A stretch of 64,000 nt of DNA from Alloascoidea hylecoeti. Taxonomy: Eukaryota. The DNA lies in assembly GCA_001600815.1 (NCBI GenBank), contig BCKZ01000006.1:745048-809047 (forward strand), written 5' to 3'. How positions within the stretch are numbered: position 1 is the stretch's first letter; every line of letters begins with the position of its first letter. The notes under the pieces were generated by a model. The model was not told the DNA's origin, ran no database searches, and saw nothing but the letters and a program-made list of their open reading frames with translations. Below are positions 1 through 10,086 of the stretch, one piece after another. A program made the position numbers and the translations under genes.

Positions 1-1
1 A

Positions 2-1792
2 GTTTGGTTATTAACAATAATGGTTACTTTCGAAATGACTTATGTTGCATTATCGAAATTTATATTATTAGATTCTTTCTTATTATTTTTCACTTTCACT
101 ACTTTTTTCTGTTTAGTTAAATTTTATAATCTAAACAATCAATTAAATCAACAAAAAGACTCTAGATTTAAACTTAAACTAAAATGGTTTAGTTGGTTAA
201 TTTTATCAGGAATATCAATTGGTTGTGTTTGTAGTATTAAAATGGTTGGACTATTCGTAACTTCAATTTTTGGCTTGGTTACAGTTATTGACTTATGGAA
301 ATTATATTTAGACAAAACAATTAGTTGGAAGGCTTATTTAACACATTGGTTTTTTCGTATTTTTGGATTAATCATTGTACCTTTTATGACATTACTTTTC
401 ACTTATAAAATTCATTTTGATATGCTTTATAAATCAGGTACAGGAGACCCAAATATGTCATCTTTATTCCAAGCAAATTTAGAAAATACTGAAATAGTAT
501 CGGGTCCAAGATCAATTGCATATGGTTCAAAAGTTACTATTAAATCCCAAGGTTTAGCTCCTGGTTTATTACATTCACATACTCAAAGATATCCAACTGG
601 TTCACTACAACAACAAATAACGACGTATAATTTTAAAGATGATAATAATGATTGGATTATTGAATTTCCAAGACTTACTTTTAATGATAAAGAACTTTAC
701 TTTTCAACAGTTGGATTAAATTTCCCCCCACAATTTATAACCAATGGTAATAAGATTCGGTTACAACATATCCACACAAATATTAATTTGCATTCTCATG
801 ATGTAGCAGCTCCATTATCACAAAAATTATTTGAAGTTTCAGGGTATGGTAATCAAACAATTGGTGATGAAAAAGATAACTGGATTGTTGAAATTGTTGA
901 TCAAGCTACGAGCGATGAAGATAAAGACAAAATACATCCAATAACAACTTCATTTAGATTAAAACATCAAAATCTCGGTTGTTATTTAGCAACCACAGGT
1001 AATAATTTACCTGCTTGGGGTTATAGACAAGGTGAAGTTGTATGTAAACATGCATGGAATCCAAAGGATAAATTAACATGGTGGAATATTGAAAATCATG
1101 AAAATGAAAGATTACCACCACCTCCAACAAATTGGAAACCACCAAAGACTAAATTTCTTAAAAACTTTATATTAATGAATATTGCAATGATGTCAAGTAA
1201 TAATGGATTAGTTCCAGATTATGATAAACGTGATCCAATTGCTTCTGAAGCATGGGAATGGCCAACTCTACATGTTGGATTACGATTATGTAATTGGGGT
1301 ATTAAAACATTAAAATTTTATTTAATTGGTAATCCAGCAATTGTTTGGCCAACAAGTTTATCAATAATTCTATTTATTTTAGCAACTGGTATATCAATTT
1401 TATTATGGCAAAGACAAGTTATAAAAATAAATGAATCATTTTTAAATCATTATTTTATAGCAGGTTTAGTACCATTTTTATCATGGATTATGCATTATTT
1501 ACCATTTGTTATAATGTCAAGGGTAACATATGTTCATCATTATTTACCAGCGGTTTATTTTGCAATGATTGTTTTAACTTATTTAATTGATGAATTTAGT
1601 AACAGATTTATATTATTCAAATTTAAAAATAATGGTAATATTTTAAATGTTGTAATTTATTTTGCATTTTATGCTTTAATTATTTCAACATTTATGAAAT
1701 ATTCTCCATTATGTTTAGGAATGACTGGTTCTCCACAAAATTATTCAAATTTAAATTTATTAAAATCATGGAAACTAACATCATTATTTTAA
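2..1792 (+). CDS. PMT2: Dolichyl-phosphate-mannose:protein O-mannosyltransferase, PMT2 subfamily (5'-truncated by window edge)
   Basis: Frame is open from base 2. Motifs SKFILLDSFLLFF, MIR-domain LHSHTQRYPTGSLQQQIT and LHSHDVAAP, C-terminal MSRVTYVHHYLPAVYF. PMT2 vs PMT3/PMT6 cannot be resolved by eye. Confidence 0.9.
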   Translation, partial: VWLLTIMVTFEMTYVALSKFILLDSFLLFFTFTTFFCLVKFYNLNNQLNQQKDSRFKLKLKWFSWLILSGISIGCVCSIKMVGLFVTSIFGLVTVIDLWKLYLDKTISWKAYLTHWFFRIFGLIIVPFMTLLFTYKIHFDMLYKSGTGDPNMSSLFQANLENTEIVSGPRSIAYGSKVTIKSQGLAPGLLHSHTQRYPTGSLQQQITTYNFKDDNNDWIIEFPRLTFNDKELYFSTVGLNFPPQFITNGNKIRLQHIHTNINLHSHDVAAPLSQKLFEVSGYGNQTIGDEKDNWIVEIVDQATSDEDKDKIHPITTSFRLKHQNLGCYLATTGNNLPAWGYRQGEVVCKHAWNPKDKLTWWNIENHENERLPPPPTNWKPPKTKFLKNFILMNIAMMSSNNGLVPDYDKRDPIASEAWEWPTLHVGLRLCNWGIKTLKFYLIGNPAIVWPTSLSIILFILATGISILLWQRQVIKINESFLNHYFIAGLVPFLSWIMHYLPFVIMSRVTYVHHYLPAVYFAMIVLTYLIDEFSNRFILFKFKNNGNILNVVIYFAFYALIISTFMKYSPLCLGMTGSPQNYSNLNLLKSWKLTSLF

Positions 1793-1810
1793 ACATACTT
1801 ATTATATATT

Positions 1811-4372
1811 TTATAATTTTATAGTAACAGAATATATTCTAACAGAAGTATCTTCACTTGAAACTGCAACTTCTAAATTAACAGTTCCATCTTCAAACTC
1901 TTGTTTACCAGGTTTCCAAGAAATTCTTGAAACTCTTGTTGCAGGTGTAAATTTATCATTTATAATAGCTAATCTTTTAAATCCCAAATCATATTTAAAT
2001 TTATAAATCATCAAATCACCAACTTCAGAACCAATACATAATATAACATTATCATGTACTAAATTATTTAAAGTATCAATGGCAGTAATTGGAGCAAAGA
2101 ATCGTTCTTGGAATATAGTTTTCCATGTTTGTGTATATGAAAAAGACCATGCTTTAACAGTTTTATCTCTACTTGCAGTAAAGAAAACTGGTGGATCATT
2201 AACTTCCCAAGAATCAGGATCAAAATCATTAACTAATGGAGCCCAAGCACAATCCCAAATAATTCGAGAATGACCTTTTGGATTAGATGCTAAGAATTCA
2301 TAATTATCATCATCTTCTGTACGTCCCCATATACACCATTGTCGATCTCTACCAACACTTAATAAATAATCATCATTTGCAGAGAATCGTAATCTTGTAA
2401 CTGTAAGGTTATGCTTTGCAAGGTTTGGCTTTAATTCTTGCCATGTATTTGAATCGAATAATCTTATAACAGCATGATTTGCAGTATTTGAACGACATGA
2501 AGTTGCAATGAATCTTAAATCATGGGATACATCAACACTATTTATTTCAAAACCATGACCATAAAGCTTTTCAACTTCTGGGAATAAAGTATGTCTTTGT
2601 AAATGATCTTCTAATGGGGGTTCATTTAATGATGATAAAATATCATAAGAAATATTTTTTGAATCTTCATCGTCTTCATTATTATTAGAATTATCATTAT
2701 CATTATCAAGTACCGCATCAATTTGAGCTTCTTCATTATATGCTTTATTTGAAAGACCAAGAGCAGGTAAGATTGCAGATTCGGGCATTATTGATTCATC
2801 CAAAGTATCATCATCATTATTTTTACCAGGACTCGTAATTGTCTTAATTTTTTCATTTTCAGTTCCATTTTCAAATATACCAGTCATTTTTTTTAAAATA
2901 TGATAAACACCTTTTGGTTCATCAAAAACTCGTAATATTTTTTCATCACCGCCACTTACAAATCTTGTATTTGATAAAGGAGATACACAAATCATATCAT
3001 AACCATGTATTTGTGGTCTTGAGAATTCATGCCATGTATTATTTTTTTTCCATTTACTAAATAATCGAGTTGTTTGATCTAATGAAGTTGATAATAGATA
3101 CCTACCAGATTTAATCCAAGAAATATCAGTAACTATTTTAGTATGACCAGTTATAGCAGGTGATTGAATCCAATTTTGATCACGCTTTTGCCACATTCTC
3201 CAAGAACCAGTTTTACCAAGAACAAGAATTGTATTACTTTCTTGACCACACCATATTGAGTTCCAAAAGCCACCAGATGCACCAGTTGCAGTACTTGCAC
3301 CTTTAATTGCAATTTCACCTAATCTTGTTGTAGATATCCAAATTCCTGATGCTTGATCAGGGGACCAAATCATTAGGGTGGTATCAGCTGAAGAAGATAA
3401 AAGCTGTAGTTTTAAAGGATCAGGATGCCATTGTAAATTTGAAATCCAATCATCATGACCCATAATGAGAGCTTCAAAACTCATTGAGCATTTAACATCG
3501 TCTTTTGATTTTTCTTTTTCTTCCTCTTTCTCATTATTTTGTTTAATGATAAAATTGTATTGTTTATTTTGAATGAATACCAATTCGGTTGGAGATAATT
3601 CAGGTATAACTTGTTGATCAGAAGAAATTAATCTCCAGATCCGAATATATCGATCTTGACTACCACTAGCTAGTAAAATACTATTATTTCCGGTATCATA
3701 TTTAAAAGATAAACATTTAATCCAATCTTCATGACCTTTTAATTTTGCAGCTTGAGTAAAATTAAGCAATTCATTTTTGGAAGAATTAAAATTAAAAGTA
3801 TAAATATAAATTAAAGTTGAAGTTCCAGCGATTGAACAAACAAAATTATTTAAAGAATTTTTCAATTCAATTGTTTCAATTGATAAAGGATAAAACCCAG
3901 GACCAATAATAAAATCATGTAAATTTTTAAATATTTTTTCATTTGAATCGTAGGACCAAAAGACAACTTTCCCATCAGCACCACCAGAAATGAAAAATAA
4001 GTTTTCGCTATGCTTAAAATGATCTGAAACCGAAATGACATCAATTGAGTGAAGATGGAAATTTATCATTTGAATGTTTTTATAATCAAATTTATCATTT
4101 TCGGAGTTGTTCTCCCAGACTGAGATGGATTTATCCTGAGAACCGGCGATGATAAACCTGCCCTTATCTAAAAATCGTACGCTGGTGATTAAACCTGAAT
4201 GGGCCTTTAACGTTCTTTCCACTCCTGGACTATCTGGCTTCAGGGGATCCCACAGTGCCAGCGTATTTCCGGCACCGAACACCAGAATGCTCCTACTTGG
4301 CTCGTAGTCTGAACTTTGGTTGCTCCTATTTCCCCCAATAAAAGTGGCTTGTGCTGAAATTGAAGTTGCCAT
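1811..4372 (-). CDS. ELP2: Elongator complex subunit 2 (WD40)
   Basis: Signature motifs GHEDWIK, FEALIMGHDDWI, WHEFSRPQIHGYDM, LPALGLSNKA, PPLEDHLQRHTLFPEVEKLYGHGFE. Confidence 0.96.
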   Translation of the reverse strand: MATSISAQATFIGGNRSNQSSDYEPSRSILVFGAGNTLALWDPLKPDSPGVERTLKAHSGLITSVRFLDKGRFIIAGSQDKSISVWENNSENDKFDYKNIQMINFHLHSIDVISVSDHFKHSENLFFISGGADGKVVFWSYDSNEKIFKNLHDFIIGPGFYPLSIETIELKNSLNNFVCSIAGTSTLIYIYTFNFNSSKNELLNFTQAAKLKGHEDWIKCLSFKYDTGNNSILLASGSQDRYIRIWRLISSDQQVIPELSPTELVFIQNKQYNFIIKQNNEKEEEKEKSKDDVKCSMSFEALIMGHDDWISNLQWHPDPLKLQLLSSSADTTLMIWSPDQASGIWISTTRLGEIAIKGASTATGASGGFWNSIWCGQESNTILVLGKTGSWRMWQKRDQNWIQSPAITGHTKIVTDISWIKSGRYLLSTSLDQTTRLFSKWKKNNTWHEFSRPQIHGYDMICVSPLSNTRFVSGGDEKILRVFDEPKGVYHILKKMTGIFENGTENEKIKTITSPGKNNDDDTLDESIMPESAILPALGLSNKAYNEEAQIDAVLDNDNDNSNNNEDDEDSKNISYDILSSLNEPPLEDHLQRHTLFPEVEKLYGHGFEINSVDVSHDLRFIATSCRSNTANHAVIRLFDSNTWQELKPNLAKHNLTVTRLRFSANDDYLLSVGRDRQWCIWGRTEDDDNYEFLASNPKGHSRIIWDCAWAPLVNDFDPDSWEVNDPPVFFTASRDKTVKAWSFSYTQTWKTIFQERFFAPITAIDTLNNLVHDNVILCIGSEVGDLMIYKFKYDLGFKRLAIINDKFTPATRVSRISWKPGKQEFEDGTVNLEVAVSSEDTSVRIYSVTIKL

Positions 4373-4430
4373 TTTTTGTTTTCTGTTGTCTCAAAATTTT
4401 AAACATTTTCATTTTGATCCCAAGTGGGCT

Positions 4431-4448
4431 TCACGTGATGCCGATGAG
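4431..4448. promoter_or_regulatory. E-box TCACGTGA plus PAC-like GATGAG in the 154-bp divergent promoter
   Basis: TCACGTGA at 4431-4438 (Cbf1/Tye7-type) and GATGAG at 4443-4448, between the ELP2 ATG (4372) and the ATG at 4527. Function is inferred from motif only. Confidence 0.45.
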
Positions 4449-4526
4449 GTAAGCAGCCTCAAAAACTCTCTATAAAACCCCTAAATTCCCCGCATTTGTT
4501 CCATTTCTTTTCTTGTGTTTTTTGCA

Positions 4527-6008
4527 ATGGCCTCGGAATTGTTGGATTTGGTGGTTTCTGCTGCTGAGAGGACGAAAATTGCTCGTTTGTTGTCCAAGTC
4601 TGCTCAAAACCCTGAAACTACCAGTGATGTTGAGACTGATACTACTAGAACTGCTCAAATCAGAAAATCCACCCGTGTTTTTGGTCTCATCTTCTTAATT
4701 CTGAAGATTTCCAAAAAGGACTCCAGAACTGCCTTCAAAAGTGGAATTGCGACGTCTGTTCTTTTAACTGCTTATAAGCCCATTGTTTCAGTTTTACACT
4801 TTTTGAATGATAAGGAAGATTACATTAAATTACCATCTCATGTCATTTCGGCAATCGCTATATCTTTAACTTCATCAGCACATGCGTTATTACCGCGTTC
4901 TGGTCTGCGTACCTTCCTTTCCATTTATTCGTTAATTCAAGCTTTAGAGGCAATTTATAAATATATCAAATTGAATGATCTTTTACCACTTTTAATCAAT
5001 GAAAATGGAATCTTAAAATCATGGCTATTATTTCCTTTGGCTTATTCTCAAATATTTAGTCTATTTATTACTAACCCAGATCTTTTACCATCTTATGTTA
5101 CTAAATTTATTAATTTCTTATCATCTGGTTATTTTGATCCAAAACCAGTTTGGTATTTGAAATCTTGGCCAACTACTACTGAGTTTTATTCATCTATTCG
5201 TGAATATTATCAATCTTTAAGTTCTAAATCAATTGAATCATCAAAATCAAATAAAAATACAATTTCAAATTTTAAACCATCAAATGTTAATATTCAAAAT
5301 GTTTTAGAAATTTCAAATAATAATAATAATAATAATGTTATTACTTCTTTAATTAATCCAATTAATGAAAAAAATCATTTATTAGATCATTTGACTGATA
5401 ATTTTAAATTATTTAAATATATTTTCCCATTATATTTAAGTATTTCTATACTTAAATATTATAAAGCTAAAAAGGCAAAAAAAGAAAATACAGAAGCAGA
5501 TACAAAAAATTTAAAATTGAAAACTATTGAAGAAGTAAAAGAACCTGAAAATGATGAAGTTGAAAATAGTTTTACAAAAGAATTATATAATTCAATAAAT
5601 GGATCAATTCGAAAAATATTATTCTTAACTTTAACTGTTAATACATCTTTAACATTATTAAAATCTTCATATACTGTAATTTCAAAATCAAAATCAAAAT
5701 CAAGATCAAAATCTTATGAATTAAATCAAAAATTAAGATTAATTGGTTTTATCTCTGGTTTTTGGGCAATTATCGATCATACTAAATCATCACATTCTCA
5801 ATGGTTATTTCTTTTCAGAACTGCTTTGATTTCATTATGGAATGAGTTCAGTATTAATAAAAACCATCAATATTTAAATAACTTAAATGTTGATACAGGA
5901 CTATATGTTTTTGGAAACTTTGTTCTTATGTTTTTGTGGAAGTATAAAGGAGATAAATATGTTGAAAATAAATTGTTTAAACGATATTACGGGGCGGTTT
6001 CTAAATAA
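4527..6008 (+). CDS. Multi-pass membrane protein, probably TMEM135-like family
   Basis: First ATG is at 4527 (ORF-track start is TTG). Several hydrophobic segments; SWLLFPLAYSQIFSLFITNPDLLPS resembles fungal TMEM135-family proteins from memory. Confidence 0.55.
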   Translation: MASELLDLVVSAAERTKIARLLSKSAQNPETTSDVETDTTRTAQIRKSTRVFGLIFLILKISKKDSRTAFKSGIATSVLLTAYKPIVSVLHFLNDKEDYIKLPSHVISAIAISLTSSAHALLPRSGLRTFLSIYSLIQALEAIYKYIKLNDLLPLLINENGILKSWLLFPLAYSQIFSLFITNPDLLPSYVTKFINFLSSGYFDPKPVWYLKSWPTTTEFYSSIREYYQSLSSKSIESSKSNKNTISNFKPSNVNIQNVLEISNNNNNNNVITSLINPINEKNHLLDHLTDNFKLFKYIFPLYLSISILKYYKAKKAKKENTEADTKNLKLKTIEEVKEPENDEVENSFTKELYNSINGSIRKILFLTLTVNTSLTLLKSSYTVISKSKSKSRSKSYELNQKLRLIGFISGFWAIIDHTKSSHSQWLFLFRTALISLWNEFSINKNHQYLNNLNVDTGLYVFGNFVLMFLWKYKGDKYVENKLFKRYYGAVSK

Positions 6009-6738
6009 CAGATATATATACACTATAGTATGCAATTATAATGATAAAATAAACAAATCTACTGACTGTATATATTATATTCAATGAAGAGAGTTGATTA
6101 TACTCCGAAGGTGAATTTAAATAACTGTAGTCTCATTATTTAAACACAAACCATAGGTATACTACACTCAAGTGTTCACTTAAACAACCACCCTGAGTAC
6201 GGTCTTACGATATGGAGAAGGGTGTACGAAAACAATGGGACTACTCTTACCTATTTGAAAACTCAAGTGAGTTATGTTATGCAATAAAAAATGTATGTTA
6301 ATTACGATTGGGATTGTACTTTGAATAATAATAGAAATTTCAGCTAATTTCAGGAATGATAATAGAGTTGTAAATTGTCATTGTAAAGTTTAGATGCGTT
6401 TATTTCAGATATTTATGATTATAAATCTATTTATAAATATAGATCTAACTATTTAGGGGGAAAAAATACAAACTATCACTATTGAAATTATATAAAATAA
6501 CCTCAATTGTAATTGTCATTAATTAGTGCGGGTCAACCGGTTCAATTCATTCAAATTTATAGAGCTTAAAAAAAAGAGTGAAAAAAAAGATAATAACAAA
6601 AGAAAATTTTATAAAAACAGGTTTGTAAATGAATTTAAAGTTTTGAATAATAATAAAGTGTTGTTAATATAAATGATTATAATAAATATGCATATGATTA
6701 GAAGAATGATATCTTAACGTAAATGTGAGATTTTTCAA

Positions 6739-8187
6739 TTATTCTTGTTTTAAAGGTAAAGTCTTATTTGTAGGAGGCGTTATAGGACTTCCCTTTTCAA
6801 GATCACCATTTGTCATACTAGGTATTGGAGTAGTACTTTGAGAAACTGGTTCACTGGCATTTATTTCATGACCATCAATTGTATGATCATTTACTCCACT
6901 ACCCCAAGCCATAAAATCTCTTCTTACTTCAACATAATCATAAGCAAATTCACCAATTTGATCTTCATCCATACCAGCAGATTCAGCTTCTTCAGAAGCT
7001 CTTAAATGTAAACCTGGTATTTTATCAATAACAAAAGCAATTAATAAAGTCATTACAAAGCAATAACCAATACAAGCGCAAGCATAAGCAAATTGTTTAT
7101 ATAATTGTTTCCAATTATGTGATATCCAACCTCCATCGTGTTCAGTTGACCCATCTAAACCAATTACCCAATCAGCACCAAATAAAGCATTAAAAATTAA
7201 ACCAACAATACCAGCAATACCATGCTCAGCTAAAACATCAAGAGAATCATCAACTCTTAATATATATTTAATCTTTGTTGAAAAATTACAGATAGCGCCT
7301 GCAACAACACCTAAAACAACAGCACCATAAAGAGTTATATTACCACAAGCCGGAGTAGCAGCTACAAGGCCAGAAATGATACCAGAACAAACACCCACAG
7401 TTGAGAATTTATGTTCTAACCGATAATCTAATAAACTCCAAGTAAAAGCACCAAAAACAGCACACAAATTTGAATTCCAAACGGCATAAACAGCTCTTAG
7501 ATTTGCACCTAAGGCAGAACCACCATTAAAACCTAACCAACCAAACCATAGTAAAGCAGTACCTAAAGTAACCATTGAAACATTATGAGCTCTAAAATTA
7601 ACCATTGCTTTATCCTTTCTTCTACCTAAAACAATTGAATAAGCAAAAGCAGAAACACCAGAGCCAATTTCAACAGGACCGCCACCTGCGAAATCTAAAA
7701 CCCCCCATTTTGCAGCCCATCCATTTGAATTCCAGACCCAGCATGCAATTGGAGAATAAACCAGAGTTGCCCATACGAATAAAAATATCATACAAGGTAA
7801 TACTCGACCTCTTTCAGCGACCGCACCGGCTACAATTGCAGCGGTTACAGCACAAAACATCCCTTGATAACAAGCGAATAACAATTCCGGATAATCAGCA
7901 TCAGGAGTTCCCAAAACGTTGCGTAGACCAAAAGAATCTAAATTACCAATATAACCGTTTGTGGCGGTGGAAGAAAAGGCCAGTGAATAACCCCAGAAAT
8001 ACCATTGGAATAAAGCCACTATACCACCCATAAAACAAACCCATATCATGGATAGGGCCGACTTTCTTCGTGCAAGGCCTGAGTATAAAAAGCCTAGACC
8101 TGGTACCATAATGAACACCATACATGCTGAGACAAGTAGGTAAGCAACGGTTCCTGTGTCGTAAGTTTCTGAGTGAACATCTACCAT
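6739..8187 (-). CDS. MEP1: Ammonium permease (Amt/MEP family), MEP1/MEP3 type
   Basis: PGLGFLYSGLARRKSALS, DFAGGGPVEI (Glu at the first twin-His position as in Mep1/Mep3, not Mep2), LWFGWLGFNGGS, DEDQIGEFAYDYVEVRRD. Confidence 0.93.
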   Translation of the reverse strand: MVDVHSETYDTGTVAYLLVSACMVFIMVPGLGFLYSGLARRKSALSMIWVCFMGGIVALFQWYFWGYSLAFSSTATNGYIGNLDSFGLRNVLGTPDADYPELLFACYQGMFCAVTAAIVAGAVAERGRVLPCMIFLFVWATLVYSPIACWVWNSNGWAAKWGVLDFAGGGPVEIGSGVSAFAYSIVLGRRKDKAMVNFRAHNVSMVTLGTALLWFGWLGFNGGSALGANLRAVYAVWNSNLCAVFGAFTWSLLDYRLEHKFSTVGVCSGIISGLVAATPACGNITLYGAVVLGVVAGAICNFSTKIKYILRVDDSLDVLAEHGIAGIVGLIFNALFGADWVIGLDGSTEHDGGWISHNWKQLYKQFAYACACIGYCFVMTLLIAFVIDKIPGLHLRASEEAESAGMDEDQIGEFAYDYVEVRRDFMAWGSGVNDHTIDGHEINASEPVSQSTTPIPSMTNGDLEKGSPITPPTNKTLPLKQE

Positions 8188-8608
8188 AATATCAACCTTC
8201 TAGTTTTTTAACTTTTCCACAACTAAGCAGGAACAGGAAAAGCTAAAAGAGTTTGGGGAGAAGATACTTTTATATAACAGTTGAGTGAAAAAATAAAACA
8301 GATCCTGAAAGTTCCTATCGATGAGGATGCTCTGACATATATATCACTCGATATGCTCCTGCACTGTGTATTGTTATTAGCGGGCCTTTTTGCTCATTTA
8401 TGTGGCGGACACTGCAAAGTGGGGCGGCCCAAAAATATTGGCATATTCGCAACCAATAACAGAGTTCACCCCAGGTGGCCCGCGCAGGGTGTGCAGTACG
8501 GCAATGTAGTATCTGCTTCGTAGAGTATATCTGCAGTGCATATGCATATTGCAATTCCTGAAAACTTCGTATGCAGTTAGCCGACTCCTATCAAATTTTA
8601 ATTGTCGC

Positions 8609-8629
8609 GGTCACGTGACCTGCCACGTG
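8609..8629. promoter_or_regulatory. Paired CACGTG E-boxes upstream of MEP gene
   Basis: Perfect palindrome GGTCACGTGACC at 8609-8620 and a second CACGTG at 8624-8629; a third lies at 9017-9022. Confidence 0.45.
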
Positions 8630-8870
8630 CCATTCCCGGTGATCGGGTAGGCAGTTTGGAGATCCGCTGACATCATGGCTATTATTATAATTCCTGAAAA
8701 ACTGGAGAGTTTGTTGATCAATTGACAATCAAAATGTCCTTTTTATTTAAAATTAAATGTATACATTTCATTAACTCTCAGCCGCGTGATTATTTCACCT
8801 TTATGTTCTCAAGTTAATTAAAGTTGGCCCTCGGCTTCGGATCCTTGTAAGTCTAGATAAGATTATGAAA

Positions 8871-8909
8871 ACAAAAATGAACAAAAATGAACAAAAATGA
8901 ACACAAATG
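8871..8909. repeat. 10-bp tandem repeat (ACAAAAATGA)x3 plus a degenerate fourth copy
   Basis: Read directly at 8871-8900, followed by ACACAAATG. Confidence 0.85.
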
Positions 8910-9157
8910 TCCGTTTTTACCTACATCTTATGGACATTTTGCGACTTTATTCCATTGGACCATCCTCGGCTTCGGCAAGTTATTCGAATTTCTGTTTTTC
9001 CCCCCACATAAAAGATCACGTGTGTATGGGGTTTCCAATTATAACATGATCATGATATATTGGATATGTATATTCGAATATAACCTTATATATATGAATT
9101 GCCGATAACGATGACGAATAATAAGTTCAAAGTACCCTAATATTTAGTGCACATAGT

Positions 9158-9178
9158 GACCGAAATTAAGTGTAATGA
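9158..9178. repeat. Solo copy of the TIR family seen at 62418-62948
   Basis: GACCGAAATTAAGTGTAATGA vs GGCCGAAATTAAGTGAAATGG at 62925-62945. Confidence 0.55.
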
Positions 9179-9336
9179 TTATTATATATTACATTCGATT
9201 GGTAATTCTACAACATTTTATGTTCATTGATACGATTATTAATATTAATATTGATATTAATATTTATTCGTTATATTCATCATATATACCCAATATAAAA
9301 CTCCTTGTTTTCGTTATACCTAGCTATAAAGCTAGT

Positions 9337-10086
9337 CTACTTTTTCTGTCCTTGAGCAGCAACGGCAGCAGCTCCAGCAGCAGCAGCCTCAGGATCCAAA
9401 TAGTAAGATGGTTTAACTGGTTTTAATTCATCATCCAATTCATAAACTAATGGAATACCAGTTGGCAAATTCAAATTGGAAATATCTGCATCAGAAATAC
9501 CATCGAGTGTTTTAACTAAACCCCTTAAAGAATTACCATGAGCAACGATCAAAACCGTATGGCCAGCCAAAATATCTTTACTAATATCAGAATACCAATA
9601 TGGTAAAAATCTTTCAATAACAAGTTTTAATGATTCAGTTTTTGGTAACAAATCCTTTGAAACATCCTTATATCTTTCATCGTTTGCTTGTGAAAATTCA
9701 TTATCATCTTTAATTACTGGTGGTGGAACATCAAATGATCTTCTATATGTTTTAAATAATTCAGGTCCAAATTTTTCTAATGCATCTGCTTTATTTTTAC
9801 CTTGTAGGTCACCATAATGACGTTCATTTAATCTCCATGTTCTTTTAACATCAATCCATAATCTATCAGCTTTATCTAATGCAATATTTGCTGTTTGAAT
9901 TGCACGTGTAAGTTTGGAAGTGTATAAAATATCAGGTTTTATCCCACTTTCTTTTAATAATTCACCAGCTCTTGTTGCTTCTTTAACACCAGTTTCAGAA
10001 AGACGAACATCAACCCAACCTGTGAATAAATTCTTTTCATTCCAGTCTGATTGACCATGACGGATAAGAATAAGTGTATGGGTCAT
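9337..10086 (-). CDS. GPM1: 2,3-BPG-dependent phosphoglycerate mutase
   Basis: [42 protein letters not shown]-terminal [16 protein letters not shown]. Confidence 0.97.
   Translation of the reverse strand: MTHTLILIRHGQSDWNEKNLFTGWVDVRLSETGVKEATRAGELLKESGIKPDILYTSKLTRAIQTANIALDKADRLWIDVKRTWRLNERHYGDLQGKNKADALEKFGPELFKTYRRSFDVPPPVIKDDNEFSQANDERYKDVSKDLLPKTESLKLVIERFLPYWYSDISKDILAGHTVLIVAHGNSLRGLVKTLDGISDADISNLNLPTGIPLVYELDDELKPVKPSYYLDPEAAAAGAAAVAAQGQKK

Noticed and set aside
6080..6280. Possible C/D snoRNA (ATGAAGA...CTGA, 9-bp AT stem, repeated ACTCAAGTG)
   Set aside because: Box C is imperfect, there is no terminal stem and no rRNA complement was recognised.
8871..8909. Short repeats as a CRISPR array
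   Set aside because: Eukaryotic context, 10-bp head-to-tail units, no spacers or cas genes.
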